IMG/VR virus record: IMGVR_UViG_3300005663_000006
Location: 1-52,468 of that record
DNA length: 52,468 bases
Source of the DNA: a virus
Lineage: Duplodnaviria; Caudoviricetes
Direction: 5' to 3' (one strand)
The first letter of the stretch is position 1, and the number at the start of each line of letters is the position of its first letter. Of the stretch, positions 9,274 through 18,180 are shown piece by piece. The notes under the pieces are model-generated. The model made no database searches. It was not told the DNA's origin and was given only the letters and a program-made list of their open reading frames with translations. The translations under genes were made by a program, and so were the position numbers.

Positions 9274-9585
9274 ATGGCAGGCATAACTTTTGACGACCTC
9301 AGCGACAAACAAAAGAACGCCGCGCATGAACACTTCTCAACTATCTATACGCGCAACAAGTTGGTTGATGCGCTGATGCTAGTAGAGCGGGTGGAAAAAA
9401 TAGAGAAAGACCTGAAGGGCTGGGCATCTGCTTATGCCAACTTCTTTGACCAGTACGAGGCCATTGATGGGGATGGGAAGAAAAAGATTGGTGAGATTCT
9501 AAGGCTGATGAAACTCGATGACAAGGAAATCTTTGAAAAAGTGTCAAGGCTGCGAGAGGCATTCGACACGGTTGGGGAAATCTAA
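9274..9585 (+). CDS. Hypothetical helical protein
   Basis: 103-aa ORF in structural operon. Confidence 0.6.
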   Translation: MAGITFDDLSDKQKNAAHEHFSTIYTRNKLVDALMLVERVEKIEKDLKGWASAYANFFDQYEAIDGDGKKKIGEILRLMKLDDKEIFEKVSRLREAFDTVGEI

Positions 9586-9587
9586 GA

Positions 9588-11069
9588 ATGGGTAGGCGGT
9601 ATTTCAGATTCACGCAGCAGGGTTCCAACACGGACCTATACGAGATTGCTGACACCACTCTTAAGTTCTTTGACTCCAGCGGCTCCGAGGCTTTTGACTT
9701 GGACCTGGATGACAACGAATTATCGCTCGACGGACTGCTTCTTCGCGTAGGAGTTGGCTCTACCTTTACCGTTGTATCCGGTGGCGATGATATTGGCGTA
9801 GAGGGGAACGTGGAAGTCCTGGGAGCCATAGCTTTGGGGGAAAACGCCTCCGACCCTGCCGCCGTTGCCAACAGGGGCTTTGTATATACGAAGGATGTGT
9901 CTGCCGCCTCAGAGCTTTTCTATGAGGACGATGGTGGAAATGTCATCCAGCTTACCAGCGGTGGCGCTGTGGTTGGAGCCGACCAGAACTTGTGGGAAAC
10001 GATGTCCTCTGATAGCGGCTCAGTCGCGGCAAACACCACCACAGACACCCTTACTATCGCTGGCTCTGCGGGAATAGATACTTCTATTAGCGGCGACGCC
10101 CTTACGGTTACTCTTGACCTTAACGAGATAACAACTGACACCGTGATTGCTGCCGGGGATTTGGTGGTCTTCACCGACATCACCGACAGCGGAAATCAAA
10201 ATATCACCTTCGCTAACTTTGAAGGCACATTGAACCATGACAGCCTGACGGGGTTCGTCGCCAACGAACACATCGACCATACCTCGGTCACGTTGACTGC
10301 CGGAGAAGGTCTGTCTGGTGGTGGAACCATAGCGGCCAATAGGTCGTTTGCGCTGGACCTCAACGAAATCACGACAGACACAAGCATCGCCGCTGGCGAC
10401 CTCGTTGCATTTACTGATATCACAGATAGTGGCAACCAAAACATTACTTTTGCCAATTTTGAAGGAGCCCTTGACCACGGCAGCATAGCGGGCCTCTCAG
10501 ATGACGACCACTCGCAATACACATTGGTTGCCGGAACAAGGGCTTTCACGGGCGAACAGAGCATGGGAACTAACAAACTCACTAATGTTGTTGACCCCAC
10601 AACGGACCAGGACGCCGCCACCAAGAAATATGTAGATGACAATATTGGCTCTGCCACCAAGGAAATTTTTATCCCGATGCTTTCGGAAGGGGGCTCTGGT
10701 ACTGCCTATACATCAACCGTAGGAGACTTTGCTACGAAGGTGACAAACTCTACCCAAGAGTTTAATACTAACTTCTTCGTCCCCAATGACTTTTCAAGTC
10801 TTACTGACATGGTGGTTATTATTCTTCCAGACGCAACGGAGACGGTGCAATGGGACACATTAACCGACTTTGGGGCTGCTGGAGAAGCACCTGATGCAAA
10901 CTCTGATTCTCAAACCGATGCCACAAAGGCGGTAACGATAAATGTCATAGCAGAGCTTGACATCTCCGCCGCCTTAACGGGGCTTGCGGCAAATGATTAT
11001 GTGGGCTGTAATTTTCAGTCGGACACAGATGACCTACGACCCATTGGACTTAGGATGAAGTACGCATAA
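9588..11069 (+). CDS. Tail/head fibre protein with internal duplication
   Basis: T/D/G/S-rich; LDHGSIAGLSDDDHSQY and PTTDQDAATKKYVD fibre motifs; ~48-aa duplicated segment. Confidence 0.8.
   Translation: MGRRYFRFTQQGSNTDLYEIADTTLKFFDSSGSEAFDLDLDDNELSLDGLLLRVGVGSTFTVVSGGDDIGVEGNVEVLGAIALGENASDPAAVANRGFVYTKDVSAASELFYEDDGGNVIQLTSGGAVVGADQNLWETMSSDSGSVAANTTTDTLTIAGSAGIDTSISGDALTVTLDLNEITTDTVIAAGDLVVFTDITDSGNQNITFANFEGTLNHDSLTGFVANEHIDHTSVTLTAGEGLSGGGTIAANRSFALDLNEITTDTSIAAGDLVAFTDITDSGNQNITFANFEGALDHGSIAGLSDDDHSQYTLVAGTRAFTGEQSMGTNKLTNVVDPTTDQDAATKKYVDDNIGSATKEIFIPMLSEGGSGTAYTSTVGDFATKVTNSTQEFNTNFFVPNDFSSLTDMVVIILPDATETVQWDTLTDFGAAGEAPDANSDSQTDATKAVTINVIAELDISAALTGLAANDYVGCNFQSDTDDLRPIGLRMKYA
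10113..10496 (+). repeat. Intragenic duplication (two copies 240 bp apart)
   Basis: LDLNEITTDT[V/S]IAAGDLV[V/A]FTDITDSGNQNITFANFEG begins at 10113 and 10353. Confidence 0.9.
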
Positions 11070-11079
11070 GGGAAGTTGG

Positions 11080-11622
11080 GTGATTAAGTTGCCAGACAAA
11101 GAAATATCGGAGCGATTGCTTATTAACGAGCTTAAGCAACTTGCCATTCCGGGGTTTACCGGGATAGCTCGGTTGTCGAGAGAGATTGATGATGAAGGTC
11201 GAGCGGTCCTTGGTTCTAACGGCAAGCCAATAATAGTTCCCCGTTACATCCTGATTAAGTATGGGCCGCTGACTCCCGAGCAGGGAACCCTGGTGAGGCA
11301 AACCGTAGAGGACCATGTATCAGATTACGCAATGGAAAAAACGGAGTTGCTTAGAAGATTTCAAGAAGAGGCTGGCCGACGTTCGGCGGTTCATGTTCCT
11401 GAGTGGAATAACTTCAATGCGCTCAAGACGGGCGCGGGAACATTCCGTTCGCCCGAAGTCCGTAGAGGGGCTACGCCATCGCAGATAACCGCACAAGACA
11501 TTTATCAGTATGCCATAGATGCGGAGAGCAAAATAGCAACCCTTGCGACCCGCCAACGGATTGAAGCCGTCAATCCAGAGGCCAACGACCCCTTTAACGA
11601 TGGTGAGGTGTGGCCGGGATAA
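11080..11622 (+). CDS. Hypothetical protein, possibly fibre assembly chaperone
   Basis: Directly follows the fibre gene; ends in VWPG. Confidence 0.55.
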   Translation: MIKLPDKEISERLLINELKQLAIPGFTGIARLSREIDDEGRAVLGSNGKPIIVPRYILIKYGPLTPEQGTLVRQTVEDHVSDYAMEKTELLRRFQEEAGRRSAVHVPEWNNFNALKTGAGTFRSPEVRRGATPSQITAQDIYQYAIDAESKIATLATRQRIEAVNPEANDPFNDGEVWPG

Positions 11623-11633
11623 TGGAGGGATAT

Positions 11634-12014
11634 ATGAAAGTTCTGAGGCTCACAGCAATTATCATTCTGGCATGGGTAGGCGTTGCGTCCGCCCAATCCA
11701 TTACCGTCGAGGGGGTTCAGTATGCTTGTGAGAGCGTGACCGTCTCAATCAATGGGACGGGTTCGCTAACTCAGGCTACGTTTCAACCCGGCGGCTCAGT
11801 CCCGCCTGTCAGAAGGGCACTCATAACGGTGACTGACTCTCATGTCATGTGGAGGGCTGATGGGACCACCGCGACGGCGACTGGTGGGCTATTGGCGACG
11901 CTAGAGGATGATGTCTTTGTGATTGTCCTTAATAACGAGGATGCTATCAGAAACTTCTCGGCTTACGGTCTGGGTGCCGCAGCCGCAACGCTCAAAATTT
12001 GCTACGAAAGATAG
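11634..12014 (+). CDS. Secreted (signal peptide) beta-sandwich protein, paralogue of 8938-9255
   Basis: GGAGG RBS before ATG 11634; MKVLRLTAIIILAWVGVASA|Q signal; TFQPGGSVPPVRRALITV...WRADG. Confidence 0.72.
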   Translation: MKVLRLTAIIILAWVGVASAQSITVEGVQYACESVTVSINGTGSLTQATFQPGGSVPPVRRALITVTDSHVMWRADGTTATATGGLLATLEDDVFVIVLNNEDAIRNFSAYGLGAAAATLKICYER

Positions 12015-12022
12015 GAGGTTTT

Positions 12023-12706
12023 ATGGGCACACAATTTCTCAAGCCAAGACAAATCAGAGATAACGAAGAAGAGCGGGATAGGTTGAAAGTGATAATGGAC
12101 CAGCCCGACCCGGATGGGAAGTTTAACAAGGGCGAGGTCGGGGCGCAATTGCATCGGATAAATAAATTCTTGGAGGAGGGGACGCCTCCGCCAACGACGC
12201 TTGAGCGTAGAGATGAGTTGAATAGGGAAATCGCCACGCTTGAGGCGGAGATTAGCGATAACATGCCCTTCAGGGAAGACATGGTTAGGTCAACACCCGG
12301 AACTGGCGACCACCACAGGAAATGGGAGAAGGCAAACAAGTCTAAGATTCTGCGGTGGAAAGATGCCAAGAGGGAGCTAGACCCCACAAACGACGATGTT
12401 GACTTTACTAATGTTGAGATTCTGAGACGCCAGAATGACTTGGGCAAGATTGTTCCCTTCAGACAATATTCGGGCGTTGACATGCGCGGTGGCGATATTG
12501 TTCCGGGAGGGATTCCCGACGCCGAGAAGATAGAGGCGCGAATCGCACCGCCTGAAGTTGCCGTGGCCGTCCTTGAGCAAGAGGAGCCTACAGAGGCACA
12601 GTCTTTTACCGTCGCATGTGATGATTGTCACTTTACGCGGACAAAGGATACCAAGAAAAAGGCTGACTCCGCGCTAAGGATGCACAGGTTAAAGAAACAT
12701 AAATAA
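12023..12706 (+). CDS. Hypothetical protein with C-terminal C2H2-type zinc finger
   Basis: AGGAGG RBS before 12023; CDDC...LRMHRLKKH. Confidence 0.65.
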   Translation: MGTQFLKPRQIRDNEEERDRLKVIMDQPDPDGKFNKGEVGAQLHRINKFLEEGTPPPTTLERRDELNREIATLEAEISDNMPFREDMVRSTPGTGDHHRKWEKANKSKILRWKDAKRELDPTNDDVDFTNVEILRRQNDLGKIVPFRQYSGVDMRGGDIVPGGIPDAEKIEARIAPPEVAVAVLEQEEPTEAQSFTVACDDCHFTRTKDTKKKADSALRMHRLKKHK

Positions 12707-12721
12707 TGAGAGAGCCGTCAA

Positions 12722-13846
12722 ATGCAGTGGACATTTCTAAACCTATACGACAGGATTCTGGCAAGGCTTCATTCTTCCAGTTCCAACACCGTGCTTCTTG
12801 CCGAGGTTAAGAACTGGATTAACGTCGCCTACCAGGATTTGCATTCAAGGCCGAACAAGGTCGCGCCGTGGGCCGTCCGCCGTTCCACTGTCCTTACAAC
12901 TGCGCCCACGACTTCATCCACAATCGAACTCACCTTTACGGTTGACGACGCGACTGTTTCGGCTGCTTCTGCCGTATTCACTTCGGGTTTGGTTGGTCAA
13001 AAGATAAAGTTGGACGCCTTCTCTGAGGTCTACACAATCCGCACGTTTACATCCGCCACAGCCATTGAGATGGACCAGATATTTAATGGGACGACTACCA
13101 CTTCATCAGGATGGCGGATATGGGACGACACAGTTCTTATGCCTCCCATGACCCATGAAATTTTGTCTTTACAGATTCGCGGACAAGTTCAGCCCCTGGG
13201 CAAGCTCGACCCGCAGGAGTTCATGGACCAGTATGGCGACAATCATTCACCGGGAACGCCAGTCGATTATTCAGAATACCCCCCAGACGCCCAAGAGGGG
13301 GCCGTGACGGCCCTAACGGGGACTGTCACCTTCAATGATGAGGACACCGCCGTAACTGGCTCGGGAACAGCGTTTCTTACGGAAGCCAAGGTCGGGGACT
13401 TGGTACGAAAAGCGTCAACCGACACCCTTTGGAGGGAAGTCAGTTCCATAGCTTCTGACACCGCTCTCACGCTCAGGCAAGCGTGGAATGGAACAACTGG
13501 TGCTGGTGCTTCCGGTGGTAGCCAGAAGGCCGATGGATGGCAGAGGTTCCAACTTGGGCCGCACGCTGACGATGAATACTCGCTCATTGTTCGTGCCCAG
13601 CATATTCCCGTCGAGATGGCGGCAGATGCCAACATTCCCGAGATGCCAGAGAACATCGTGCCCATTCTCATAGATGGTGCGTTGGCAATCGGGCACGAGT
13701 ATAGGGACGACCCGCGCAAGGAAGAGCAACGCAATAAGTACGAGCAGGAGGTGGCGAAGGTGCTGAGTGATGTTCGCAAGACCTCACAGCGGCCCAGGCT
13801 AACGCCTAACCTCGAAGCTGTCTGTAATGCTTTTCCGGGTAGGTAA
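12722..13846 (+). CDS. Head-tail adaptor / tail tubular protein A-like, with two inserted beta domains
   Basis: VKNWINVAYQDL N-terminus, PEMPENIVPILIDGAL C-terminus, position before the stabilisation protein. Confidence 0.7.
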   Translation: MQWTFLNLYDRILARLHSSSSNTVLLAEVKNWINVAYQDLHSRPNKVAPWAVRRSTVLTTAPTTSSTIELTFTVDDATVSAASAVFTSGLVGQKIKLDAFSEVYTIRTFTSATAIEMDQIFNGTTTTSSGWRIWDDTVLMPPMTHEILSLQIRGQVQPLGKLDPQEFMDQYGDNHSPGTPVDYSEYPPDAQEGAVTALTGTVTFNDEDTAVTGSGTAFLTEAKVGDLVRKASTDTLWREVSSIASDTALTLRQAWNGTTGAGASGGSQKADGWQRFQLGPHADDEYSLIVRAQHIPVEMAADANIPEMPENIVPILIDGALAIGHEYRDDPRKEEQRNKYEQEVAKVLSDVRKTSQRPRLTPNLEAVCNAFPGR

Positions 13847-13852
13847 ACGAGA

Positions 13853-14014
13853 ATGAATTGGATTTGCAACTGCGGAGCGTCGGAATGGCGGGTTGATTAT
13901 CTCAGAATGGGATGGATTTGCGCTAGTTGTAATTGTTTTCTTGGGCGAAAAACATACATGGAGATTGAGTGGATATTCCAAACCAAACAAACATCGCACG
14001 GGAACGGGGACTAA
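13853..14014 (+). CDS. 53-aa zinc-ribbon microprotein (not in ORF track)
   Basis: MNWICNCG...WICASCNC; fills the gap and abuts the next ATG. Confidence 0.45.
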   Translation: MNWICNCGASEWRVDYLRMGWICASCNCFLGRKTYMEIEWIFQTKQTSHGNGD

Positions 14015-15553
14015 ATGCCGACCACGCAGACACCAATATTGTTTGACATGGGCAAGGCGCTCTTGCCGGGGCCGGGCGTCTCTAAGGAAATATTGTTGAG
14101 TAACTTTCTGCCCACCCTTCGAGGAACGAAACGCAAGAGAGGGGCACAGATACGTTTTGGGTCGGCAATATCTGGCACCCCCACCGTAACGGGGGTATTC
14201 GACTTTCACCGCTCAGACGGTAGGCAATTCGTAATCATAACGGCAGAGGACAAGATATTCTCATCTGCCGAGGCGTCGAGCGACAGGGATGATATTTCCA
14301 AGAGTGGCCTGTCGTGGGCGGCGGATAGCCTCACTTCTTTTGCCGTCCTCGATGACAAGGTCGTGATGTGCAATAGAGCGGGTGACGCGCCCCAATTCAC
14401 AGATGGCGGAGGACTCACCCAAGATGTGACGGGCATGGGAAACCATAAATATGTCGTCTCACACAAAGGGAGGCTTTTTGCCGCTGGCAAGGATGGGGCT
14501 TCCATTGATTATTCAGGCGTCAACGACATTCTTGATTGGTCTAACAACGGCGGAACGATTACGAATATCATCAAAGACCACGGAAAGATAACTGGCCTAT
14601 CAATGAGCCACTTCAACCTAATATATGTCTTTTATGCCGGAGGCCGCGGGCAAAGTGCGGCCATATATCGCCTCAATACTCCGGCTATAGGCACTCCCTC
14701 CGACTGGACTCTGGAACCAGTCGTTAGGGGCATTACCACACTAAGCCATCAATCCATCGTACCCGTTGGTAACGATATAGGGTTTGTGTCTAACAAGCCT
14801 TCGTTCCATCTTATATCCACAGTAGAGAAGTTCGGCGACCTAGAAGCAACCGAACACAGCCTGGCCATTGAAGATTCATGGAAGTCTGGTCTAAATACTG
14901 GCAAGGGTCGTCTTGAAAATATCGTGGGAATTTACTACGGAGAAGAAAATCTTGTCTGCTTTGGCGTTACCGCTTCGGGGTCAAGCACCAACGACCTTAT
15001 CTATTCCATGTCAACGGCAATCCAAGATGAGAATGGAAACTTTGAGTGGCAAGAATGGAAAGGACTGGCCCCTATCTCTATGGCAACCATAAACCTAAAT
15101 GGACGGGAAAGACTTATAACGGGCGACACCGCAGGATTCGTAAATCTTCAGGACGACAGCACCTTCAGCGACAACGGTTCTGCGGCGATAACGGGAACCA
15201 TAAATCTTGGAAGCGTAGCATTCATAAATCCAGTAATGAGAAAGGGCCACAAGAGGCTCAAGTATGCATATATCAATAATAAAATCTCAGACACGGCGAC
15301 GCTTACTTATAGAGTGTCCGACAAAAACAATCTTGGCCCAATTAACACGGCTACGATGAACGTGAACGGGCAAGGATTTGTGATGGGGACCAACTTGATA
15401 GGTGACAACATTGGAGAAGATAGAATCTTATCGGACGAGGTAGAAATATTTGATAGCGGAGAGAGAATGGAATTATCAGTAGCCCACAGCACGAATGAAA
15501 CAGGGCTCGAAATAATGTGGCTGTCTCCTATGGTAACAGAGGAATCACACTAA
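14015..15553 (+). CDS. Tail stabilisation / nozzle protein (P22 gp10 / tubular B-like beta-propeller)
   Basis: 512 aa; HKGRLFAAG, IDYSGVNDILDWS, SHQSIVPVGNDIGFVS; synteny. Confidence 0.7.
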   Translation: MPTTQTPILFDMGKALLPGPGVSKEILLSNFLPTLRGTKRKRGAQIRFGSAISGTPTVTGVFDFHRSDGRQFVIITAEDKIFSSAEASSDRDDISKSGLSWAADSLTSFAVLDDKVVMCNRAGDAPQFTDGGGLTQDVTGMGNHKYVVSHKGRLFAAGKDGASIDYSGVNDILDWSNNGGTITNIIKDHGKITGLSMSHFNLIYVFYAGGRGQSAAIYRLNTPAIGTPSDWTLEPVVRGITTLSHQSIVPVGNDIGFVSNKPSFHLISTVEKFGDLEATEHSLAIEDSWKSGLNTGKGRLENIVGIYYGEENLVCFGVTASGSSTNDLIYSMSTAIQDENGNFEWQEWKGLAPISMATINLNGRERLITGDTAGFVNLQDDSTFSDNGSAAITGTINLGSVAFINPVMRKGHKRLKYAYINNKISDTATLTYRVSDKNNLGPINTATMNVNGQGFVMGTNLIGDNIGEDRILSDEVEIFDSGERMELSVAHSTNETGLEIMWLSPMVTEESH

Positions 15554-17064
15554 TGGCACTATCACGCTTAAATGAGTTCAATGATGGAACCGCCCTTACA
15601 GAGACAAAACAAGAGGGCGAGTTTGACAATATCTACAACAACGCGCTAACGCTCATAAGCCCGTTGACGGGCAACCTCGATGCAGACGGCAATCAGATAA
15701 TCAGCCATGTCATTGAGAGCGCCACATCCAATCCGGGTTCGGAGCTTAACGAAGGAAGGCTGTTCTACCGCTCAGACATCAATCAACCCATCTTCTACGA
15801 CGGTGCGGATTTTACGGGGACCGCCCCTGATGTCCGAGTCCTTACAAACCAGTCTGGTGGCACTGCCGCAGTGGGCGCTGTAGTCGTCATAGACTCGGCT
15901 AACGCAAGTTCTTTTACCACCACGACCACCGAAGGCAATACCTTCCTCCCCTGCGTAGTCCTTGAAAGCACCAACAACACTTCCAAAGGACTTGTCTGCG
16001 TAGGCGGGTTTGTCACCACCCTCAACGTCACAGGCTCTACGGCCATAAGGGACTATCTCAAGACCTCGACAACGGGGGGCAAGGCCGTCCCCACTACCAC
16101 GTTTGAGACGGGCGTGTTCGCCATCGCCCTGACCACAAGTTCTACAGCGGTAAGCGCATTTATATTCGGCCCCAACACCGTGACTGCCATAGACACCACC
16201 ACAAACCTTCAAAACCTTATTAAAAATGGCGGCATGGAACATTGGTCGGTTGGCACCTCATCTGCCCCAGATGGATGGACTCTTACTGGGGCCAGCGCAA
16301 CTGTCGCCAGAGAAGGCACCACGTTCAAGTTGGGGACGTATTCTGCCGCCGTCACAAGGGCGGGGACCGACCTAACTCTTTCCCAGGATGTCTCTGGGAT
16401 ACACCCGGACTTCCAGCTTAATTACTTTGATAGTCGGGTGGTAACGTTCGGGGCGTGGGTGAGCGCATCTGTATCAAGCACCACCAGGCTTGCCATATCG
16501 GACGGCGTGGGCACGGGGACGAGTTCTTTTCACGATGGCGACAACACGTTTCAGTTCTTGACCGTTACCCGCACCATAGACTCGTCCGCCACAGACGTTA
16601 CCCCCGAACTTCAGATAAACACCTCCAATACGACTAGCTACATAGACGGGGCCATATTGGTGCAGGGTTCCAACTCGCCTGCTTTTTCCCCGCATCCCTC
16701 GGATACCATCGTGCCCACGATAGACCCGCAGGGCACCCCGAACGCCAACCAGCTTTACAAGTCCAACTTCGTTAAGGGGTGGATAGAGTTTGATGGGACG
16801 GGGACCATTGCGACTAACGATAGCTTTAATGTGTCGGGCGTCGTTGACAATGGGACGGGATTATACACCATTTCGTGGGATAGGGATTTCTCAGATGCCA
16901 ATTACGCCGTGGCTGCCATGTCAGCGCAGGACGGCGGTGATGGCGGAAACGTTTCCATCATATCGAAGGCCGCTGGAACCATGCAGATAAATACTACAGG
17001 GACGGACGCCAATACAGATGTTGACCTTGACCTTATCTGCCTAATTGCAATAGGGGCACACTAA
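15553..17064 (+). CDS. Tail fibre with carbohydrate-binding (CBM4/9-like) module
   Basis: NLIKNGGMEHW...PDGW...YIDGAILVQG; C-terminal KGWIEFDG...SFNVSGVVDNGTGLYTI fibre domain. Confidence 0.75.
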   Translation: MALSRLNEFNDGTALTETKQEGEFDNIYNNALTLISPLTGNLDADGNQIISHVIESATSNPGSELNEGRLFYRSDINQPIFYDGADFTGTAPDVRVLTNQSGGTAAVGAVVVIDSANASSFTTTTTEGNTFLPCVVLESTNNTSKGLVCVGGFVTTLNVTGSTAIRDYLKTSTTGGKAVPTTTFETGVFAIALTTSSTAVSAFIFGPNTVTAIDTTTNLQNLIKNGGMEHWSVGTSSAPDGWTLTGASATVAREGTTFKLGTYSAAVTRAGTDLTLSQDVSGIHPDFQLNYFDSRVVTFGAWVSASVSSTTRLAISDGVGTGTSSFHDGDNTFQFLTVTRTIDSSATDVTPELQINTSNTTSYIDGAILVQGSNSPAFSPHPSDTIVPTIDPQGTPNANQLYKSNFVKGWIEFDGTGTIATNDSFNVSGVVDNGTGLYTISWDRDFSDANYAVAAMSAQDGGDGGNVSIISKAAGTMQINTTGTDANTDVDLDLICLIAIGAH

Positions 17065-17399
17065 TGAGAAGGATATTCATTAAGCCGGATGGGAGCTTTT
17101 TTATTCACCTCGCTATACCACACGCGGGAGAGAGCATTAAGTCAGCCCTCAATAGGGTATGGCCCGAAAGAGGCGGCTTGCCCTTTGAAGATGTGAGCGT
17201 GGCCAACTTCCCAACGGAAGGCGTTAGGGAGCAATGGAAGTGGGATGGGAACAAGGTCGTTTACGACCCATCCGTTAAGACTCAGATGCAGATTCTAAGG
17301 GAACTGGAGAAGCAGATAGACGATGAGCTTGAGCTTGAGAGTCCAAACATGGTTAAGATTATGCGGCTTGTTCGCAAGAAAGAGAAAGGGCAACTCTAA
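17064..17399 (+). CDS. Tail fibre assembly/accessory protein
   Basis: FPTEGVREQWKWDG motif; follows the fibre gene. Confidence 0.55.
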   Translation: MRRIFIKPDGSFFIHLAIPHAGESIKSALNRVWPERGGLPFEDVSVANFPTEGVREQWKWDGNKVVYDPSVKTQMQILRELEKQIDDELELESPNMVKIMRLVRKKEKGQL

Positions 17400-18178
17400 T
17401 GGGATTCTTTTCGGGCACGACAGAGGATGTTGCACCTCCAGCTCCGCCTCCATCGGCTGCTGAGACGGGGGCATTTACGGGCGCTACATCAGCCTTCACG
17501 GGGGCCGCAGGCGATATTGAGCGCCAGAGGGCACTAGAGCAGCAGACCCTCGGCCTCCAACAAGGCGTCACGGGAACGTCTAGGACGCTTCAAGACCTCA
17601 TACTACAGAACCTAATTAAGACGTTCTCGCCTGAAGGGTTGCGGGGTCAGGCCGGACTTGTCGGTCAGGCATTTCAAGAGCCCTTCAGACAGCAAGAAGA
17701 AGCGTTAATTGCTCAGTTTCAGAACCAAGGATTCAACCCCTTTGGCACCACCTCTGGAGCTCAGGCGTTGGGCCAGTTCGGGGCAAGCAAAGCCTCTGCC
17801 ATTGCTCAGGCACTATTACAAAATCTGCAATTTTCCAGCGAACTTGGGATACAGCAAGTAAATCCCTCTGTTCCGACTGCCCCTCTTAGGAACCTTGCCT
17901 CTCCTGGTTTCGGCATAGGATTGGGGCAGGCCCAGACTCAGCTAGGTGGGACATTGGGCAGAATCCGAGCGGCGCAGTTCAATCCTGAGATACTTAGCCA
18001 GGGGCCGAGGGCTCCGGGTGTGTTTGCTGGTGCGGGAGCGGTGATTGGTGGGATTGGAGGAGCCTTGATTGGTGGAATCCCGACTGGAGGCATTGGCGCA
18101 CTTCCAGGTGCGGCGATAGGCGCAGGTGTGGGCGGTGCCGCAGGTGCTTCCCTTGGCACGGCGCTTAGCAGGGGCTAA
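17399..18178 (+). CDS. DNA ejection/pilot protein (putative)
   Basis: Q/G/A-rich with C-terminal glycine-zipper hydrophobic segment; synteny. Confidence 0.6.
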   Translation: MGFFSGTTEDVAPPAPPPSAAETGAFTGATSAFTGAAGDIERQRALEQQTLGLQQGVTGTSRTLQDLILQNLIKTFSPEGLRGQAGLVGQAFQEPFRQQEEALIAQFQNQGFNPFGTTSGAQALGQFGASKASAIAQALLQNLQFSSELGIQQVNPSVPTAPLRNLASPGFGIGLGQAQTQLGGTLGRIRAAQFNPEILSQGPRAPGVFAGAGAVIGGIGGALIGGIPTGGIGALPGAAIGAGVGGAAGASLGTALSRG

Positions 18179-18180
18179 TA

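Noticed and set aside
7790-10496. Diversity-generating retroelement TR/VR pairs
   Set aside because: No reverse transcriptase was recognised, and differences between repeat copies are largely synonymous and not adenine-specific
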